Source: Alphaproteobacteria bacterium
GTDB taxonomy: Bacteria > Pseudomonadota > Alphaproteobacteria > UBA9219
NCBI GenBank assembly: GCA_013289265.1
Contig: JABDAH010000005.1
Location: 6,392 to 70,391, forward strand
Reading direction: 5' to 3'
DNA: 64,000 bases
In this document: positions 20,065 through 30,667 of the stretch, in pieces
Position numbering within the stretch: the stretch's first letter is position 1
How the letters are laid out: each line of letters opens with the position of its first letter
Program-made: the position numbers and the translations under genes
The notes under the pieces: model-generated
Databases searched by the model: none
Seen by the model: only the letters and a program-made list of their open reading frames with translations
What the model was told of the DNA's origin: nothing

Positions 20065-21023
20065 GAAAGACCGAGCATGATTTCCAAATTCTGTACCGCA
20101 GCACCCGATGCGCCCTTACCCAGATTATCAAGGCAAGCGGTTAAAATAACCGTTTCCTTTGCCGCATTCCAGAATATGCGCAGCTGAAGATTATTAGTTT
20201 CATTCTGCGCTTCAGGTGAAAGCACATAGGTTTTCTCAACCTCGGTTTGCAACGCCTCAACCTTTACATATTTTTGTCCGGCATATCGGGCTACGATCGC
20301 GTCGTAAATTTCTTGGCCATGGCGTTTTTTGCCCATCCCAGACAACAAACTATTTGTCTTAAAGGCGATGTGTACCAGCATGCCGCGGTAAAAAGCATTA
20401 CTATAGGAAGGCAGAAAAATCGGCTCCACGCTCAAGCCAGCATGCAGCTTCATTTCCGGCAGATGCTTATGCTTCTGATCGAGGCCGTAGAGGGCAAAAG
20501 CGCCGCCGCGAATATTGCCCTGCGGATTGGTGCGTTCAGCCTCGCAAAGAGCGATTAATTCCTTGCCACCACCTGAGTAGCCGGAGATTGCATTAACGGT
20601 AACGGGATGATCACACGGTAAAATCCCAGCATCGACCAGCGGGCGCAAAAGCGCCACGGCGCCCGTTGGATAACAGCCTGGATTACTGACCCGTTTGGCG
20701 TTACGGATTTTATTTTCCTGATCGCGTGTCAATTCCGGAAAGCCATAAGTCCAGTCAGGCGCGACGCGAAATGCCGTACTGGCATCGATAATGCGAGCCT
20801 TAGGATTATCGACCAGAGCAACGGCTTCACGAGCGGCGTCATCCGGGAGGCACAAAATTGACAACGTGCATTCATTCAACAGGCGTTTGCGCTCAGTAAC
20901 ATCCTTGCGCTTGGCGGGATCGATGCTGACGATCTCGATATCTGAGCGGCCTTCCAGCCGCTTGCGGATTTCGAGGCCCGTGGTTCCCGCTTCGCCGTCG
21001 ATAAAAATAGTCGGTTTGCTCAT
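20061..21023 (-). CDS. argC: N-acetyl-gamma-glutamyl-phosphate reductase
   Basis: IFIDGEAGTTGL, SNPGCYPTG, DNLGKGASGAAVQN. Confidence 0.96.
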   Translation of the reverse strand: MSKPTIFIDGEAGTTGLEIRKRLEGRSDIEIVSIDPAKRKDVTERKRLLNECTLSILCLPDDAAREAVALVDNPKARIIDASTAFRVAPDWTYGFPELTRDQENKIRNAKRVSNPGCYPTGAVALLRPLVDAGILPCDHPVTVNAISGYSGGGKELIALCEAERTNPQGNIRGGAFALYGLDQKHKHLPEMKLHAGLSVEPIFLPSYSNAFYRGMLVHIAFKTNSLLSGMGKKRHGQEIYDAIVARYAGQKYVKVEALQTEVEKTYVLSPEAQNETNNLQLRIFWNAAKETVILTACLDNLGKGASGAAVQNLEIMLGLS

Positions 21024-21874
21024 GCAGCACTTTCCGTTGGTAATTCACAAAAACTCTGCACCCAGTTGCGCAGCTCGAACCAACTGTCTTTATTCGGGGC
21101 CAAGGCGATACCACGGTCCATAAGTGACGGCCTGTAGGCCTCGCCATTCCAGTATGCCGAATAACCGCCCGCTTCCTGATGCATCAATACGCCTGCCGCT
21201 TCATCCCACGGTGTCGCATACATATAACTGGCGCGGAAATGGATTTGCGGCGCTTCTTTGCCAAAATGCGGCTGATTCAGCAAAAGCCGGGGATATTCGT
21301 GCGACCCGGCCCGCATCACTTCAAAAACGGGTTCAATCTTATTGATTACACTCGATTTATTTTTAAAATCTAACAAACGGTCACCAAGAAAACCGCGCAT
21401 TTCCGGCAATTCCACTGGCGGTAAAACACGCAGTCGCTGGCCATTAAACCAGGTACCAGCCCCTTTTTCGACGGTTACAACGTCTTTTGAGGTTGGATCA
21501 TAGATCCATCCGGCAAGAGTTTGATTTTGTTCTGCTAATGCAACGATAACTCCGAATTCACTTGAACCACGTACAAAGTTGCGGGTTCCGTCTACCGGAT
21601 CGATGATCCAGACAGGTGATTCGCCTAAAAACAGCTCCAAAAGTGACCGATTCGATGCAAAAGCCTCCTCACCAACTACTTTTGACCCGGGTAGCAGGTC
21701 CAAAAGCCGGGCTGACAGAGCTGATTCGGCATTCTTGTCGGCGATAGTGACCGGGTCATCGCCGATTTTATAGGCGATGTCGCCAGCCTTCAAATTCCGG
21801 AAATGGGGCAGAATATGTTCTTCTGCAACCTCCTGGATGATCTTGCTAACCCTATTGATGTCTACGCGCGTCAT
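21020..21874 (-). CDS. inositol monophosphatase family protein
   Basis: VTIADK, VGEE, WIIDPVDGT, WDEAAG; start ATG 21874 overlaps upstream stop. Confidence 0.92.
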   Translation of the reverse strand: MTRVDINRVSKIIQEVAEEHILPHFRNLKAGDIAYKIGDDPVTIADKNAESALSARLLDLLPGSKVVGEEAFASNRSLLELFLGESPVWIIDPVDGTRNFVRGSSEFGVIVALAEQNQTLAGWIYDPTSKDVVTVEKGAGTWFNGQRLRVLPPVELPEMRGFLGDRLLDFKNKSSVINKIEPVFEVMRAGSHEYPRLLLNQPHFGKEAPQIHFRASYMYATPWDEAAGVLMHQEAGGYSAYWNGEAYRPSLMDRGIALAPNKDSWFELRNWVQSFCELPTESAA

Positions 21875-22749
21875 GGAGCCTTCTGTGCTGCATGGGCCAT
21901 CAGAGGCTGGAAATAGGCGAATAGCTTGTTCCATGCCGCTTTGTCAGGGGCGTAGAGCAGACCGGCGCGCGGCAGGTTCATATTATAGGGCTGGCCCTGC
22001 CAGTCGGCGTTATACCCGCCCGCTTCCTGATGCAGGAACATCCCCGGCGCGTGATCCCATGCATTGGTATGGCGGTATAGCAGAAAGCTGGCGCGGGATG
22101 TCGGTGCATTAGCAAAAGTCAAAGCCTGACCGTCCTGCGTTACGAACAGACGCGGATAATCGAACCCGGCGCATGAACCGATTTCGATCTTCGGCATATC
22201 GGGTGATTGTGGCATCACAGAAGGATCGGAAATCAATTTCTTCACGCGTGACCCAACCAGCCCAACGGTGTTCGGCGAAATATCAGTGGCGGCCAGTTTC
22301 AGCTTCTTGCCCCGCAACCAGACACCTGCGCCCTGCTCCGCCATTATGGTGTCGCCGGAATTGGGGTCATGTATCCACGAGGCCACGGCCTTGCGGCGAT
22401 CAACCAATGCGATCATCACCGCGAATTCGGGCACGCCCGCGACGAAATTGCGCGTGCCGTCGATAGGGTCGATGATCCAGACAGGATGCTCGTTATCCAA
22501 ATGCGACATGATGGCCTGATCGGCAGCAAAAGACTCTTCGCCCACAACGACCGAATTCGGCAGATAGGCCGTAAGGCGTTCAGTCAGATGCCGCTCAGAC
22601 TCCTTGTCGGCAACAGTCACGGGATCGTTAATTCCTTTCATCTCCACATCGCCTTCGGCCAGCTTGCGGAAACGCGGCATGATTTCAGATACCGCAACTT
22701 CGCGGATGATTTTATCTACGGTAGAGATGTCAATTTTGGTCATGGCCAA
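21871..22749 (-). CDS. inositol monophosphatase family protein
   Basis: VTVADK, VGEE, WIIDPIDGT, WDHAPG. Confidence 0.92.
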   Translation of the reverse strand: MAMTKIDISTVDKIIREVAVSEIMPRFRKLAEGDVEMKGINDPVTVADKESERHLTERLTAYLPNSVVVGEESFAADQAIMSHLDNEHPVWIIDPIDGTRNFVAGVPEFAVMIALVDRRKAVASWIHDPNSGDTIMAEQGAGVWLRGKKLKLAATDISPNTVGLVGSRVKKLISDPSVMPQSPDMPKIEIGSCAGFDYPRLFVTQDGQALTFANAPTSRASFLLYRHTNAWDHAPGMFLHQEAGGYNADWQGQPYNMNLPRAGLLYAPDKAAWNKLFAYFQPLMAHAAQKAP

Positions 22750-22910
22750 GCTTCTAATTTAGACGTTAAAACATTGGTTAATGCTTTCATAGACCATATT
22801 TTAGGGCAGTTTGAAAGTAATAATGAGGCTGTTTTTTATTTCAATTCGTTGCTAGCCTACTCATGAATTTTATAAACAGGACAATGCTTTTTAAACTGAT
22901 CTGAGGAATT

Positions 22911-24284
22911 ATGCTCGGCGGCGAATTTTTTAAATATTTCACGGAAAACTTCGGTCATTATCCTGATGACCGAACTGTACTGAGCCCACAATCACTCCAC
23001 GAAGATGCGGTGCGCCCCGGTATGTCGCCGGGCAATCAGGATACAATTGTGATCCTGTACACAGGCGGCACGATTGGAGCAAAACAAACTGCGGACGGTT
23101 ACGCACCAACAGTCATTGATACTTTAGAGGATTTTGCAGCGTTGCATCCCGAGCTTGCAGCCCAGCTTCTCGTACTAAAAACCCGTTATCCCAATACAAA
23201 ATTTGCCTTCGAATCTATTCCTCCGCTTGATAGTGGCGCCATGACCGATGCCAACAGATTCAATGTGATCGAGGCGATTTCCAATCTTTCCCAAAAGTAT
23301 GGGACTAAAATGTTGTCGCTTATCGCCCTTCACGGCACCGACAGTGCCGTGGAAACGGCGTGTCTATTGGACAATTTTGTTGGCGATGGCGGTGTTCCAC
23401 TTTTTGTTGTTTCATCACAATATGCGCCGGGACGTTTAGGTGGCGACGGAGCTGCAAATTTTCTGCATGCTGTATCGATGTCACACTGCAATATTTCGGG
23501 CACTTATCTGGTTGCCGCTGGTAAAATCTATCATCCCGCCGATTGCCGGAAAAAGAGCGATAGTGGCGTGCACATATTCGGCACCGAAGATTATGGCTTT
23601 GGGGAAGCCGGCGAAGTTTTTGATGGCGGCGTCAAAATGCGTGTTCCCTTCACCGCCCGTGGTTATGACGCCTTAAGCCTTCCTTACGCGCCCAAGGAAG
23701 TTATAGAACTGGGACGCAATATGGATACTAAAGGCCGCTTCGTCTATATCGCCAATAGCCTGACAACCCATGATATTCAGGCGAAAGCAGATTCTCTGAA
23801 CGAACTTCATCACGATCTTGTTTTTATCGAAGCGCGCGGCGCGTCAAGTGTTACTGAATCTGCCTTAAAAGCGGCAACCGACGCAGCTAGTGTAGGAATA
23901 CCTGCAATTGTTGCCAGCACCGTCCCCCAATCCTCCGGTGATATTCATTATGCGATTGCTGCAGATTTAAATAAACCCGGCATATTGAGGGCGCCCGGCA
24001 TCGCCTCTATATTACATAGACGTTATGCGGCCTTATCCGCAATTGCTTACAGTAAATATCTCGTCAATCGCATAGACATTGCTCAAATGTCTCGCACAAC
24101 CGATCCTCTTCGCCCCTATCTAAGCAAAGAAAATACTAGCGGCCCTTATATTGGCAATGAAGTTTCTGCGCTCTACGCCATATTCGCGGGGGTTTTTACT
24201 CGCGGACAGAGAAAAGGTATCGACTATGCAAAAGCACCTGCGTTGCATCAAGCGGGGTTTCAACGCCTCATTCGTAGCCTATAG
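22911..24284 (+). CDS. divergent asparaginase-family protein
   Basis: ILYTGGTIG, LDSGAM, HGTDS, VVSSQ motifs; long unrecognised extensions. Confidence 0.75.
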   Translation: MLGGEFFKYFTENFGHYPDDRTVLSPQSLHEDAVRPGMSPGNQDTIVILYTGGTIGAKQTADGYAPTVIDTLEDFAALHPELAAQLLVLKTRYPNTKFAFESIPPLDSGAMTDANRFNVIEAISNLSQKYGTKMLSLIALHGTDSAVETACLLDNFVGDGGVPLFVVSSQYAPGRLGGDGAANFLHAVSMSHCNISGTYLVAAGKIYHPADCRKKSDSGVHIFGTEDYGFGEAGEVFDGGVKMRVPFTARGYDALSLPYAPKEVIELGRNMDTKGRFVYIANSLTTHDIQAKADSLNELHHDLVFIEARGASSVTESALKAATDAASVGIPAIVASTVPQSSGDIHYAIAADLNKPGILRAPGIASILHRRYAALSAIAYSKYLVNRIDIAQMSRTTDPLRPYLSKENTSGPYIGNEVSALYAIFAGVFTRGQRKGIDYAKAPALHQAGFQRLIRSL

Positions 24285-24301
24285 ACGCAACTACTTAATT
24301 T

Positions 24302-25660
24302 TTATTTCCCGAACCGGCTTTGATAGCGGCCATAGTCAGCGGCGGCCAGTTCAATGCGGATATGGGATTTGGTTTTGGTATCGCGCTTTTCGACGATTTT
24401 ACCGTGCCCATAGAGCCACGATAGAGCCGCGCCGTTTGTCAGCGGCACATCAATTTCATAGATCTTGGCTTTGGCGGTAAGGCGATCATCCAGCAGCTGG
24501 AGCAGGTCTGATACGCCTTCGCCGGTCAGGGCCGATATGCCGATGGTGCCGCCTGCCGCTTCTGGTCGGATGCCCTGTAGATCACTCGGCACATGCGTGG
24601 TGTCCCATGTTGTGCGCTGCGCATAATCTTTTAAATTATCGCGTTCTTCGTCGGGCAGCAGGTCGATCTTGTTCAGGACTTCTATCAGGCGCGTATCATC
24701 CTGACCGATACCCAGTTCGGCCAAGATATCCATCACCGACTCTTTCTGCGACCGTGTTTCCGGGTGCGACACATCGCGCACATGTAAAATAATATCAGCC
24801 AGCTGCACTTCTTCCAGCGTTGCGCGGAAAGCTTCCACCAGATGCGTCGGCAGGTCGGAAATAAATCCAACCGTGTCGGACAGAATAATCTCCCGTCCGC
24901 TCGGTAATTTCAGACCGCGCATGGTTGGGTCTAGCGTCGCGAACAACATGTTCTTTGCCAGAACATCGGCACCCGTCATACGGTTAAACAGGCTGGATTT
25001 CCCGGCGTTCGTATAACCTACCAGCGCCACGGTTGGATGTTCGGCCCTTACCCGTGCTTCACGTTGCAGGCCACGCGTACGCCGCACCTGCGCTAGATCT
25101 TCTTTTAGCCGTGAAATGCGTCCGGTGATAAGTCGTCTATCGATTTCCAATTGCGATTCACCGGGACCACCAAGAAATCCGAAGCCACCGCGCTGACGTT
25201 CCAAATGGGTCCATGATTTGACGAGGCGAGATTTTTGATAATCCAGCGCTGCCAGCTCAACCTGCAGTTGGCCTTCACGCGTGCGGGCCCGTTCGCCGAA
25301 GATTTCGAGAATAAGTCCGGTGCGGTCGATGACCTTGCACTTCCATTGTTCTTCTAGGTTACGCTGCTGAACCGGTGAGATTAAATGATCGACAATCGCA
25401 ACGACAATTTCTTGATCTATAATCAGCTGCTTAAAATTTTCTACCTGCCCCTTGCCAAGCAAAGTACCCGGCGCCGGTGTCGCGATATTCACAACCGTCG
25501 ATACAATCACATTCAGGTCGATCGCCTGCGCCAGGCTGACAGCTTCGGCCAGCATTGCATCAGAGTCGCGTTTGTCGCGTGCCGATTTTAAAATAGGCTT
25601 GATAACAATGGCGCTGTCGCCACGACGAATGCCGTCAATATCAGTATGAGCTGTTGTCAC
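24302..25660 (-). CDS. hflX: GTPase HflX
   Basis: GFLGGPGESQLE, GYTNAGKS, LFATLDPT, DTVGF, NKID. Confidence 0.97.
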   Translation of the reverse strand: MTTAHTDIDGIRRGDSAIVIKPILKSARDKRDSDAMLAEAVSLAQAIDLNVIVSTVVNIATPAPGTLLGKGQVENFKQLIIDQEIVVAIVDHLISPVQQRNLEEQWKCKVIDRTGLILEIFGERARTREGQLQVELAALDYQKSRLVKSWTHLERQRGGFGFLGGPGESQLEIDRRLITGRISRLKEDLAQVRRTRGLQREARVRAEHPTVALVGYTNAGKSSLFNRMTGADVLAKNMLFATLDPTMRGLKLPSGREIILSDTVGFISDLPTHLVEAFRATLEEVQLADIILHVRDVSHPETRSQKESVMDILAELGIGQDDTRLIEVLNKIDLLPDEERDNLKDYAQRTTWDTTHVPSDLQGIRPEAAGGTIGISALTGEGVSDLLQLLDDRLTAKAKIYEIDVPLTNGAALSWLYGHGKIVEKRDTKTKSHIRIELAAADYGRYQSRFGK

Positions 25661-25663
25661 GCG

Positions 25664-25912
25664 CTAGGCCTGCCCTGTGGGGGCTTCGAGGCCTTCGAAC
25701 ACCTGTACGGGATCGTTCGGCATAATTGTTGAGACAGCGTGCTTATAAATCAACTGCGAATGTGCGTCACGCCGTAACAGTAAGGAGAAAGCATCGAACC
25801 ATGTGACAATGCCTTGCAGCTTTACACCGTTCATCAGAAATACAGTTGTCGGCGTTTTATTGCTGCGCAAATAATTTAAAAATACATCCTGCAGGTTTTG
25901 CTTGTCGGTCAT
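25664..25912 (-). CDS. hfq: RNA chaperone Hfq
   Basis: [25 protein letters not shown]. Confidence 0.98.
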   Translation of the reverse strand: MTDKQNLQDVFLNYLRSNKTPTTVFLMNGVKLQGIVTWFDAFSLLLRRDAHSQLIYKHAVSTIMPNDPVQVFEGLEAPTGQA

Positions 25913-25954
25913 AGTTACTTATCCCCTTCCCGCTGTTTCCGGCGGCGGTAGTTA

Positions 25955-26605
25955 TTATTGTTGATAGCGATTATAAAGCAGCGTTTGCAGAGCCTTGCAA
26001 TCAGGAAAAAACAGCTCTACCCCCAGCATCTGGGCCATTTCCGGCTCGCCGATAAGCACCGGCGTACAGCCTGAATTACGGGCGCACTGGATATCAACCT
26101 CGCTGTCACCCACGAACCAAACGGATTTATCAGCTTTCATACCACCCAAATCGAGGGCGTAATCTGCGTGATCTTTGGCCGGTTTGTCGCGCGGCGCATC
26201 CTGGGCACCCGCTATACCCGCAAACAAATCCAGCCATTTCATTTTCTCAACTTCGATGCGCAGAAGATCGCCGCGCAAGTTACTGACGATAAAGAAGGGT
26301 ATCTTTTGCAGCTTCAGCCATTGCAGCAATTCACCGGCACCGTTGGTAGGGCCAATACGTTGTGACCGGACAAGGCCTACATTGCTGTAATAGTAATTGT
26401 AAGCTTCTTTCCAGCGGCTGCCGAACCATTCAGGAAAACTCTCGCGGGCGGCACGGGTGCAATGGATTTTAATGTCGTCCATTGACCATGCAGACAGGCC
26501 GAACTGCACTCTTGTCTGATTAATAGCGGCGGCAATCGCCGACCAGCCATCTACGAGCGTATTGTCCCAGTCAAAGATGACGGCTTTCGGAAAAGGCAGG
26601 CTCAC
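25955..26605 (-). CDS. HAD-family phosphatase (phosphoglycolate phosphatase-like)
   Basis: FDWDNTLVD, VSN, KP, VGDSEVD. Confidence 0.9.
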   Translation of the reverse strand: MSLPFPKAVIFDWDNTLVDGWSAIAAAINQTRVQFGLSAWSMDDIKIHCTRAARESFPEWFGSRWKEAYNYYYSNVGLVRSQRIGPTNGAGELLQWLKLQKIPFFIVSNLRGDLLRIEVEKMKWLDLFAGIAGAQDAPRDKPAKDHADYALDLGGMKADKSVWFVGDSEVDIQCARNSGCTPVLIGEPEMAQMLGVELFFPDCKALQTLLYNRYQQ

Positions 26606-26608
26606 AGC

Positions 26609-28051
26609 TTAATTGATTTTCTCGGAAACCACGGCGTGGTTTTCGTTGCTGCTGCCATGCACGCCAAGCAATTTCAGCTTGCGATGGAGCGCCGAGCGTT
26701 CCATGCCGATGAAATTGGCGGTGCGTGAAATATTACCACCAAAGCGTGTGACTTGCGCCAGAAGATATTCGCGTTCGAACATCTCACGCGCGTCGCGCAG
26801 CGGCAGGCCCATAATCTCGCCGCCCTTTTCCCAACGTAGAACGCTAGGTGTTGAGGACGTAATTTCCGGCGGCAGCATATCAGCGCGGATCGGATCCGTC
26901 GCCTCGCCCGTCGCCATGATCACGACCCACTCCATCGCATTGCGCAACTGACGCACATTGCCGGGCCATGCATAGGCTTGTAGCGCAGCCATGGCATCAT
27001 CGCCCAGACGACGCACAGCAATGCCCGAAACCTCAGAAGCGCGCGCAAGGAAATGTTCAACCAGCAAAGGAATATCTTCGCGACGGTCACAGAGAGCCGG
27101 GATTTTGATCGGCACGACACTGAGGCGATAATAGAGGTCCTGCCTTACGCGGCCAATCTGCACTTCGGCCTGCAGGTCACTGCTGCTGGAGGCAATAACA
27201 CGGACATCAACCTCAACCCGGGTATTACCACCGACGCGGGTGAAGACCTGTTCCTGCAAGACGCGGACGATTTTGCCCTGGGTTTCATTCGGCATATCGC
27301 TGATTTCGTCGAGATAGAGCGTGCCACCGTGAGCCTGTTCAAACACACCGACTTTGCGCGCACCGCCATTGATGCCGTATTCGGTGCCGAAGAGTTCAAT
27401 CTCCAGCTGTTCCGGCTGCATCGTCGCGCAGTTAATTGCAACGAACGAGCCATTGGCGCGGCGCGAATTTTTATGCAGAACGCGAGCGACGATTTCCTTG
27501 CCGACACCGGAAGGGCCTGAAATCATCACGCGGCTACCTGTCGGCGCGACGCGTTCGATGATCTGGCGGATCTGATTAATCTCCGGTGACTTGCCGATAA
27601 GATCATTTTCACCGCCGACGCGGGTTTTTAGTTCCAGATTTTCTCGCCTAAGACGGGCCGCATCCAGCGCATGCTGGACCTGCAGAATAAGACGGTCGGA
27701 CTTAAATGGTTTTTCTATGAAATCGTAAGCACCGATTTTAATCGCCTCTACGGCCGTCTGGATATTACCGTGACCACTGATCATGATCACCGGCGTGTCG
27801 GGATATTCCTTCCGGATATGTTTCAGGATTTCCATCCCGTCCATCGTACTGTTGTTCAGCCAGATGTCGAGAATAACTAAATTGGGTTTACGCAGCGCAA
27901 TAGCTTTAAGCGTTTCATCGGAATTACCGGCTTCGCGGACCATCAGGCCTTCGTCATTCAGGATACCTTTGATCAAAAGGCGGATATCCGTTTCATCATC
28001 GACAACGAGAATATCGTTGCTGAGACTTTTATCTTTGATTGATGACGCCAT
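26609..28051 (-). CDS. ntrX: response regulator NtrX
   Basis: Receiver (DD, LDIWL, ISGHG, KP), AAA+ domain lacking GAFTGA, HTH MERSALHRKLK; follows ntrY. Confidence 0.95.
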   Translation of the reverse strand: MASSIKDKSLSNDILVVDDETDIRLLIKGILNDEGLMVREAGNSDETLKAIALRKPNLVILDIWLNNSTMDGMEILKHIRKEYPDTPVIMISGHGNIQTAVEAIKIGAYDFIEKPFKSDRLILQVQHALDAARLRRENLELKTRVGGENDLIGKSPEINQIRQIIERVAPTGSRVMISGPSGVGKEIVARVLHKNSRRANGSFVAINCATMQPEQLEIELFGTEYGINGGARKVGVFEQAHGGTLYLDEISDMPNETQGKIVRVLQEQVFTRVGGNTRVEVDVRVIASSSSDLQAEVQIGRVRQDLYYRLSVVPIKIPALCDRREDIPLLVEHFLARASEVSGIAVRRLGDDAMAALQAYAWPGNVRQLRNAMEWVVIMATGEATDPIRADMLPPEITSSTPSVLRWEKGGEIMGLPLRDAREMFEREYLLAQVTRFGGNISRTANFIGMERSALHRKLKLLGVHGSSNENHAVVSEKIN

Positions 28052-28083
28052 GTAAAATTACATCCTTATTTTTATGATACCTG

Positions 28084-30387
28084 TCAGGCTGTTTTTACAG
28101 CACTTACGGGAATCGACGGAACCGTTTTATCTTTAGCAGATTCGCTGCCTTCTAACAAAACATCTTCCGATGGAATATTGCTTTTCGGCTGCTTGGCCGG
28201 CCAGATCAAACTGACCACTGCGCCGCCGCCGGGCCCGTCAGCAAGTACCAATTCGCCGTGATGGTCTTCCATGATTTTCTTAACAATGGCAAGCCCTAAG
28301 CCGGTTCCCTTCATCCGGGTTGTAACATAGGGTTCTGTGAGGTTGTGACGGTCTTCTATCGGCAATCCCTTGCCGTTATCAGCAACGGACAGAGTTATAC
28401 GGCCATTCGCTACACTGAGACTAAGCTTAATCTCGCCCTGCAAGAGGTTGCCAGTAGCAGGAAGCGTACGTGCATCAATGGCTTCGGCTGCGTTCTTCAG
28501 AAGGTTAGTGAGCGCCTGCGCAACCTGCCGTCCGTCACATTCAGCAATACAGGGCTGATCCGGATAAATTTGCGTATAACGGATGTCACCGCGACTGGTG
28601 CCTTGCAGGAACTGGGTCTGGCGGCAAAGTTCGCGGAGCTCATGTTCCTTCATCACTGGCGTCGGCATACGCGCGAAGGCGGAGAATTCATCGACCATGC
28701 GGCCAATATCTTCGACATGTTTGACGATCGTATCGGTGCAGGTCGTGAATACTTCGGGGTCCGTGATAATTTCTTTTGCATATTTGCGCCGCAAGCGTTC
28801 CGCCGACAATTGGATTGGTGTGAGTGGATTTTTAATTTCATGAGCGATACGCCGCGCGACGTCAGCCCATGCGGCTTTACGTTGCGCCGATACAAGGTCG
28901 GTTACATCATCGAACGTCACGACATAGCCGCGAATTTCGGCACCAGTGGATTCCGACGATATACGCACCAGCAGAGTTCGCGCCGGTTGACCAGGACGGC
29001 GAATTTCGACCTGCCCATCGCTGAGTTTCGCTCCGCGTGGCATGGCATCCAGCACCGCCTGAATTTCGGGCGCTAAACTTGCCATCGACTGACCGTTCAT
29101 TTCGTCCGGTCTTTCAATATTAAAAAACCATGCAGCGGAAGCGTTCATCAGATTGATGCGGAATTCGGGATCTAGACCGATCACACCAGCCGATACCCCT
29201 GATAGAACCGCTTCGGTAAAACGGCGACGGAAATCCAGCTGTCGATTGGCCTCAACTAATTCGCTGCGCTGCCCTTCCAACTGGCTGGTCATACGGTTGA
29301 AGGCGCGGCTGAGGATATCCAGCTCGTCATCGCTCGCCTTATCCATTTCCGCCACGCGCGCGCTAAGATCACCGCCACGCACCCTGTCTGTAGCGCCGAT
29401 AAGTTCACTGATAGGACGCACCAGCCGCGTCGCAAAATTAAGGCCGAACCATACTGCGGCCAGCAGCAACAGCAACGCAACGACAATGAAGATGAGCGAG
29501 ATCGTCACCTGCAATCCAAATCGCCTGCCCTCCAATTGCTTATACTCATTGGCCGCTTTTTGGGTCGTGGCCATATGCGCCAGAACTTTGGGCTCGACAG
29601 GTCGCCCTACGAACAAATAGGTATCGACAAAATTATCGAGCCGCAGCAACGCACGTACACGGTCATCATTATCACTGACAATCAATACAACATCACCCTG
29701 CGCAGCATGCTGACGCATTTCATCGGTAATGGGCTCAAAGGTTAGCGCGAAAGTAAGACCTGACCGCGCCAGAATTTTGCCCGAACCATCGAACACAATA
29801 ACTTCCGTCAAATTACGCAAATATGCTTGTGCCGAGACGATCTGTGCAAAGCGGATAGGATCGCTAGAGAGAGTGCTGGCCTGCCGATTGAGGTCATTCG
29901 CCATTGCCAATGCGTCAGCGCGGAGCACCTGCTTATGCTCCTCCAAATATGCCTGCGCTACTTCCAGCGACTCATTTAGTGATGTGCGCACATGTTTTGA
30001 AAACCAGGCTTCGACGCCGAAATAGAAAAAGATCGCTGCAAACATCGCCACTAGCAAGGCGGGCGCCACGGCCAGCAGCGTAAAAACGCTGATGATACGT
30101 ACATGAAGACGGGACCCCGCCTGATTACGCCTTCGCCGAACCCAGATGGACAGAATGCGCTGCGCTACAATGGTTCCGAGCAGTACCAGAAATGTCAGAT
30201 CGAGCGATGATAAAATCATCACCGTCGTTGGGTCGTTGCCGAAAAACGGCGCGCGCGTTAGCGCAGCATACGTGGCAATGCCGGACATGATGGATGCCAC
30301 CACAAGCATAATAACCAGCTTGTGGCGCAGGCGCACCTTCGTTGCCCAAACAGTAAAGTAACGCCATAAATTGATTTTTCTAATCAT
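28084..30387 (-). CDS. ntrY: sensor histidine kinase NtrY
   Basis: TM segments, HAMP, PAS, AWADVARRIAHEIKNPLTPIQLSAERL, GTGLGL; start ATG 30387. Confidence 0.95.
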   Translation of the reverse strand: MIRKINLWRYFTVWATKVRLRHKLVIMLVVASIMSGIATYAALTRAPFFGNDPTTVMILSSLDLTFLVLLGTIVAQRILSIWVRRRRNQAGSRLHVRIISVFTLLAVAPALLVAMFAAIFFYFGVEAWFSKHVRTSLNESLEVAQAYLEEHKQVLRADALAMANDLNRQASTLSSDPIRFAQIVSAQAYLRNLTEVIVFDGSGKILARSGLTFALTFEPITDEMRQHAAQGDVVLIVSDNDDRVRALLRLDNFVDTYLFVGRPVEPKVLAHMATTQKAANEYKQLEGRRFGLQVTISLIFIVVALLLLLAAVWFGLNFATRLVRPISELIGATDRVRGGDLSARVAEMDKASDDELDILSRAFNRMTSQLEGQRSELVEANRQLDFRRRFTEAVLSGVSAGVIGLDPEFRINLMNASAAWFFNIERPDEMNGQSMASLAPEIQAVLDAMPRGAKLSDGQVEIRRPGQPARTLLVRISSESTGAEIRGYVVTFDDVTDLVSAQRKAAWADVARRIAHEIKNPLTPIQLSAERLRRKYAKEIITDPEVFTTCTDTIVKHVEDIGRMVDEFSAFARMPTPVMKEHELRELCRQTQFLQGTSRGDIRYTQIYPDQPCIAECDGRQVAQALTNLLKNAAEAIDARTLPATGNLLQGEIKLSLSVANGRITLSVADNGKGLPIEDRHNLTEPYVTTRMKGTGLGLAIVKKIMEDHHGELVLADGPGGGAVVSLIWPAKQPKSNIPSEDVLLEGSESAKDKTVPSIPVSAVKTA

Positions 30388-30667
30388 AGCGCGCACCTTT
30401 GTGGCGGGCGCTACGTCCGGCCGGCAAACCAAGTTCGCGGATTTTCTTACGTAAGGTGTTGCGGTTTAAGCCTAGCAGCGCTGCCGCGCGGAGTTGATTA
30501 CCGCGACATTCGTCCAAAGTTATCGTCAGCAAAGGCCGTTCAATTTCCTGCAGCACACGGTCATAAAGGCCGGAGGCTGGCAAGTCGCTTTCATGCGCCG
30601 CAAAATAATCACGCAAATGGCGTTCGATGGTGGCGGCAAGACCTGCGCCGTTTTGGCGCTCGCTCAC
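30380..30667 (-). CDS. stand-alone Fis-like protein (equivalent to the NtrC C-terminal domain)
   Basis: LYDRVLQEIERPLL...RGNQLRAAALLGLNRNTLRKK; GTG start overlaps the dusB stop (GTGA) with GGAG upstream; 3' end overlaps the ntrY start. Confidence 0.88.
   Translation of the reverse strand: MSERQNGAGLAATIERHLRDYFAAHESDLPASGLYDRVLQEIERPLLTITLDECRGNQLRAAALLGLNRNTLRKKIRELGLPAGRSARHKGARYD

Noticed and set aside
22766-22781. TTAA...TTAA as a CtrA box
   Set aside because: Spacer is 8 bp rather than 7 and the region is very AT-rich
24540-24620. Extra loop in HflX (TTWDTTHVPSDLQGIRPE) as another palindromic insert
   Set aside because: No inverted repeat or similarity to the repeat families seen
26609-28051. 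AAA+ activator lacking GAFTGA
   Set aside because: Known property of NtrX
28345-29076. 243-aa plus-strand ORF
   Set aside because: Shadow of ntrY with no motifs
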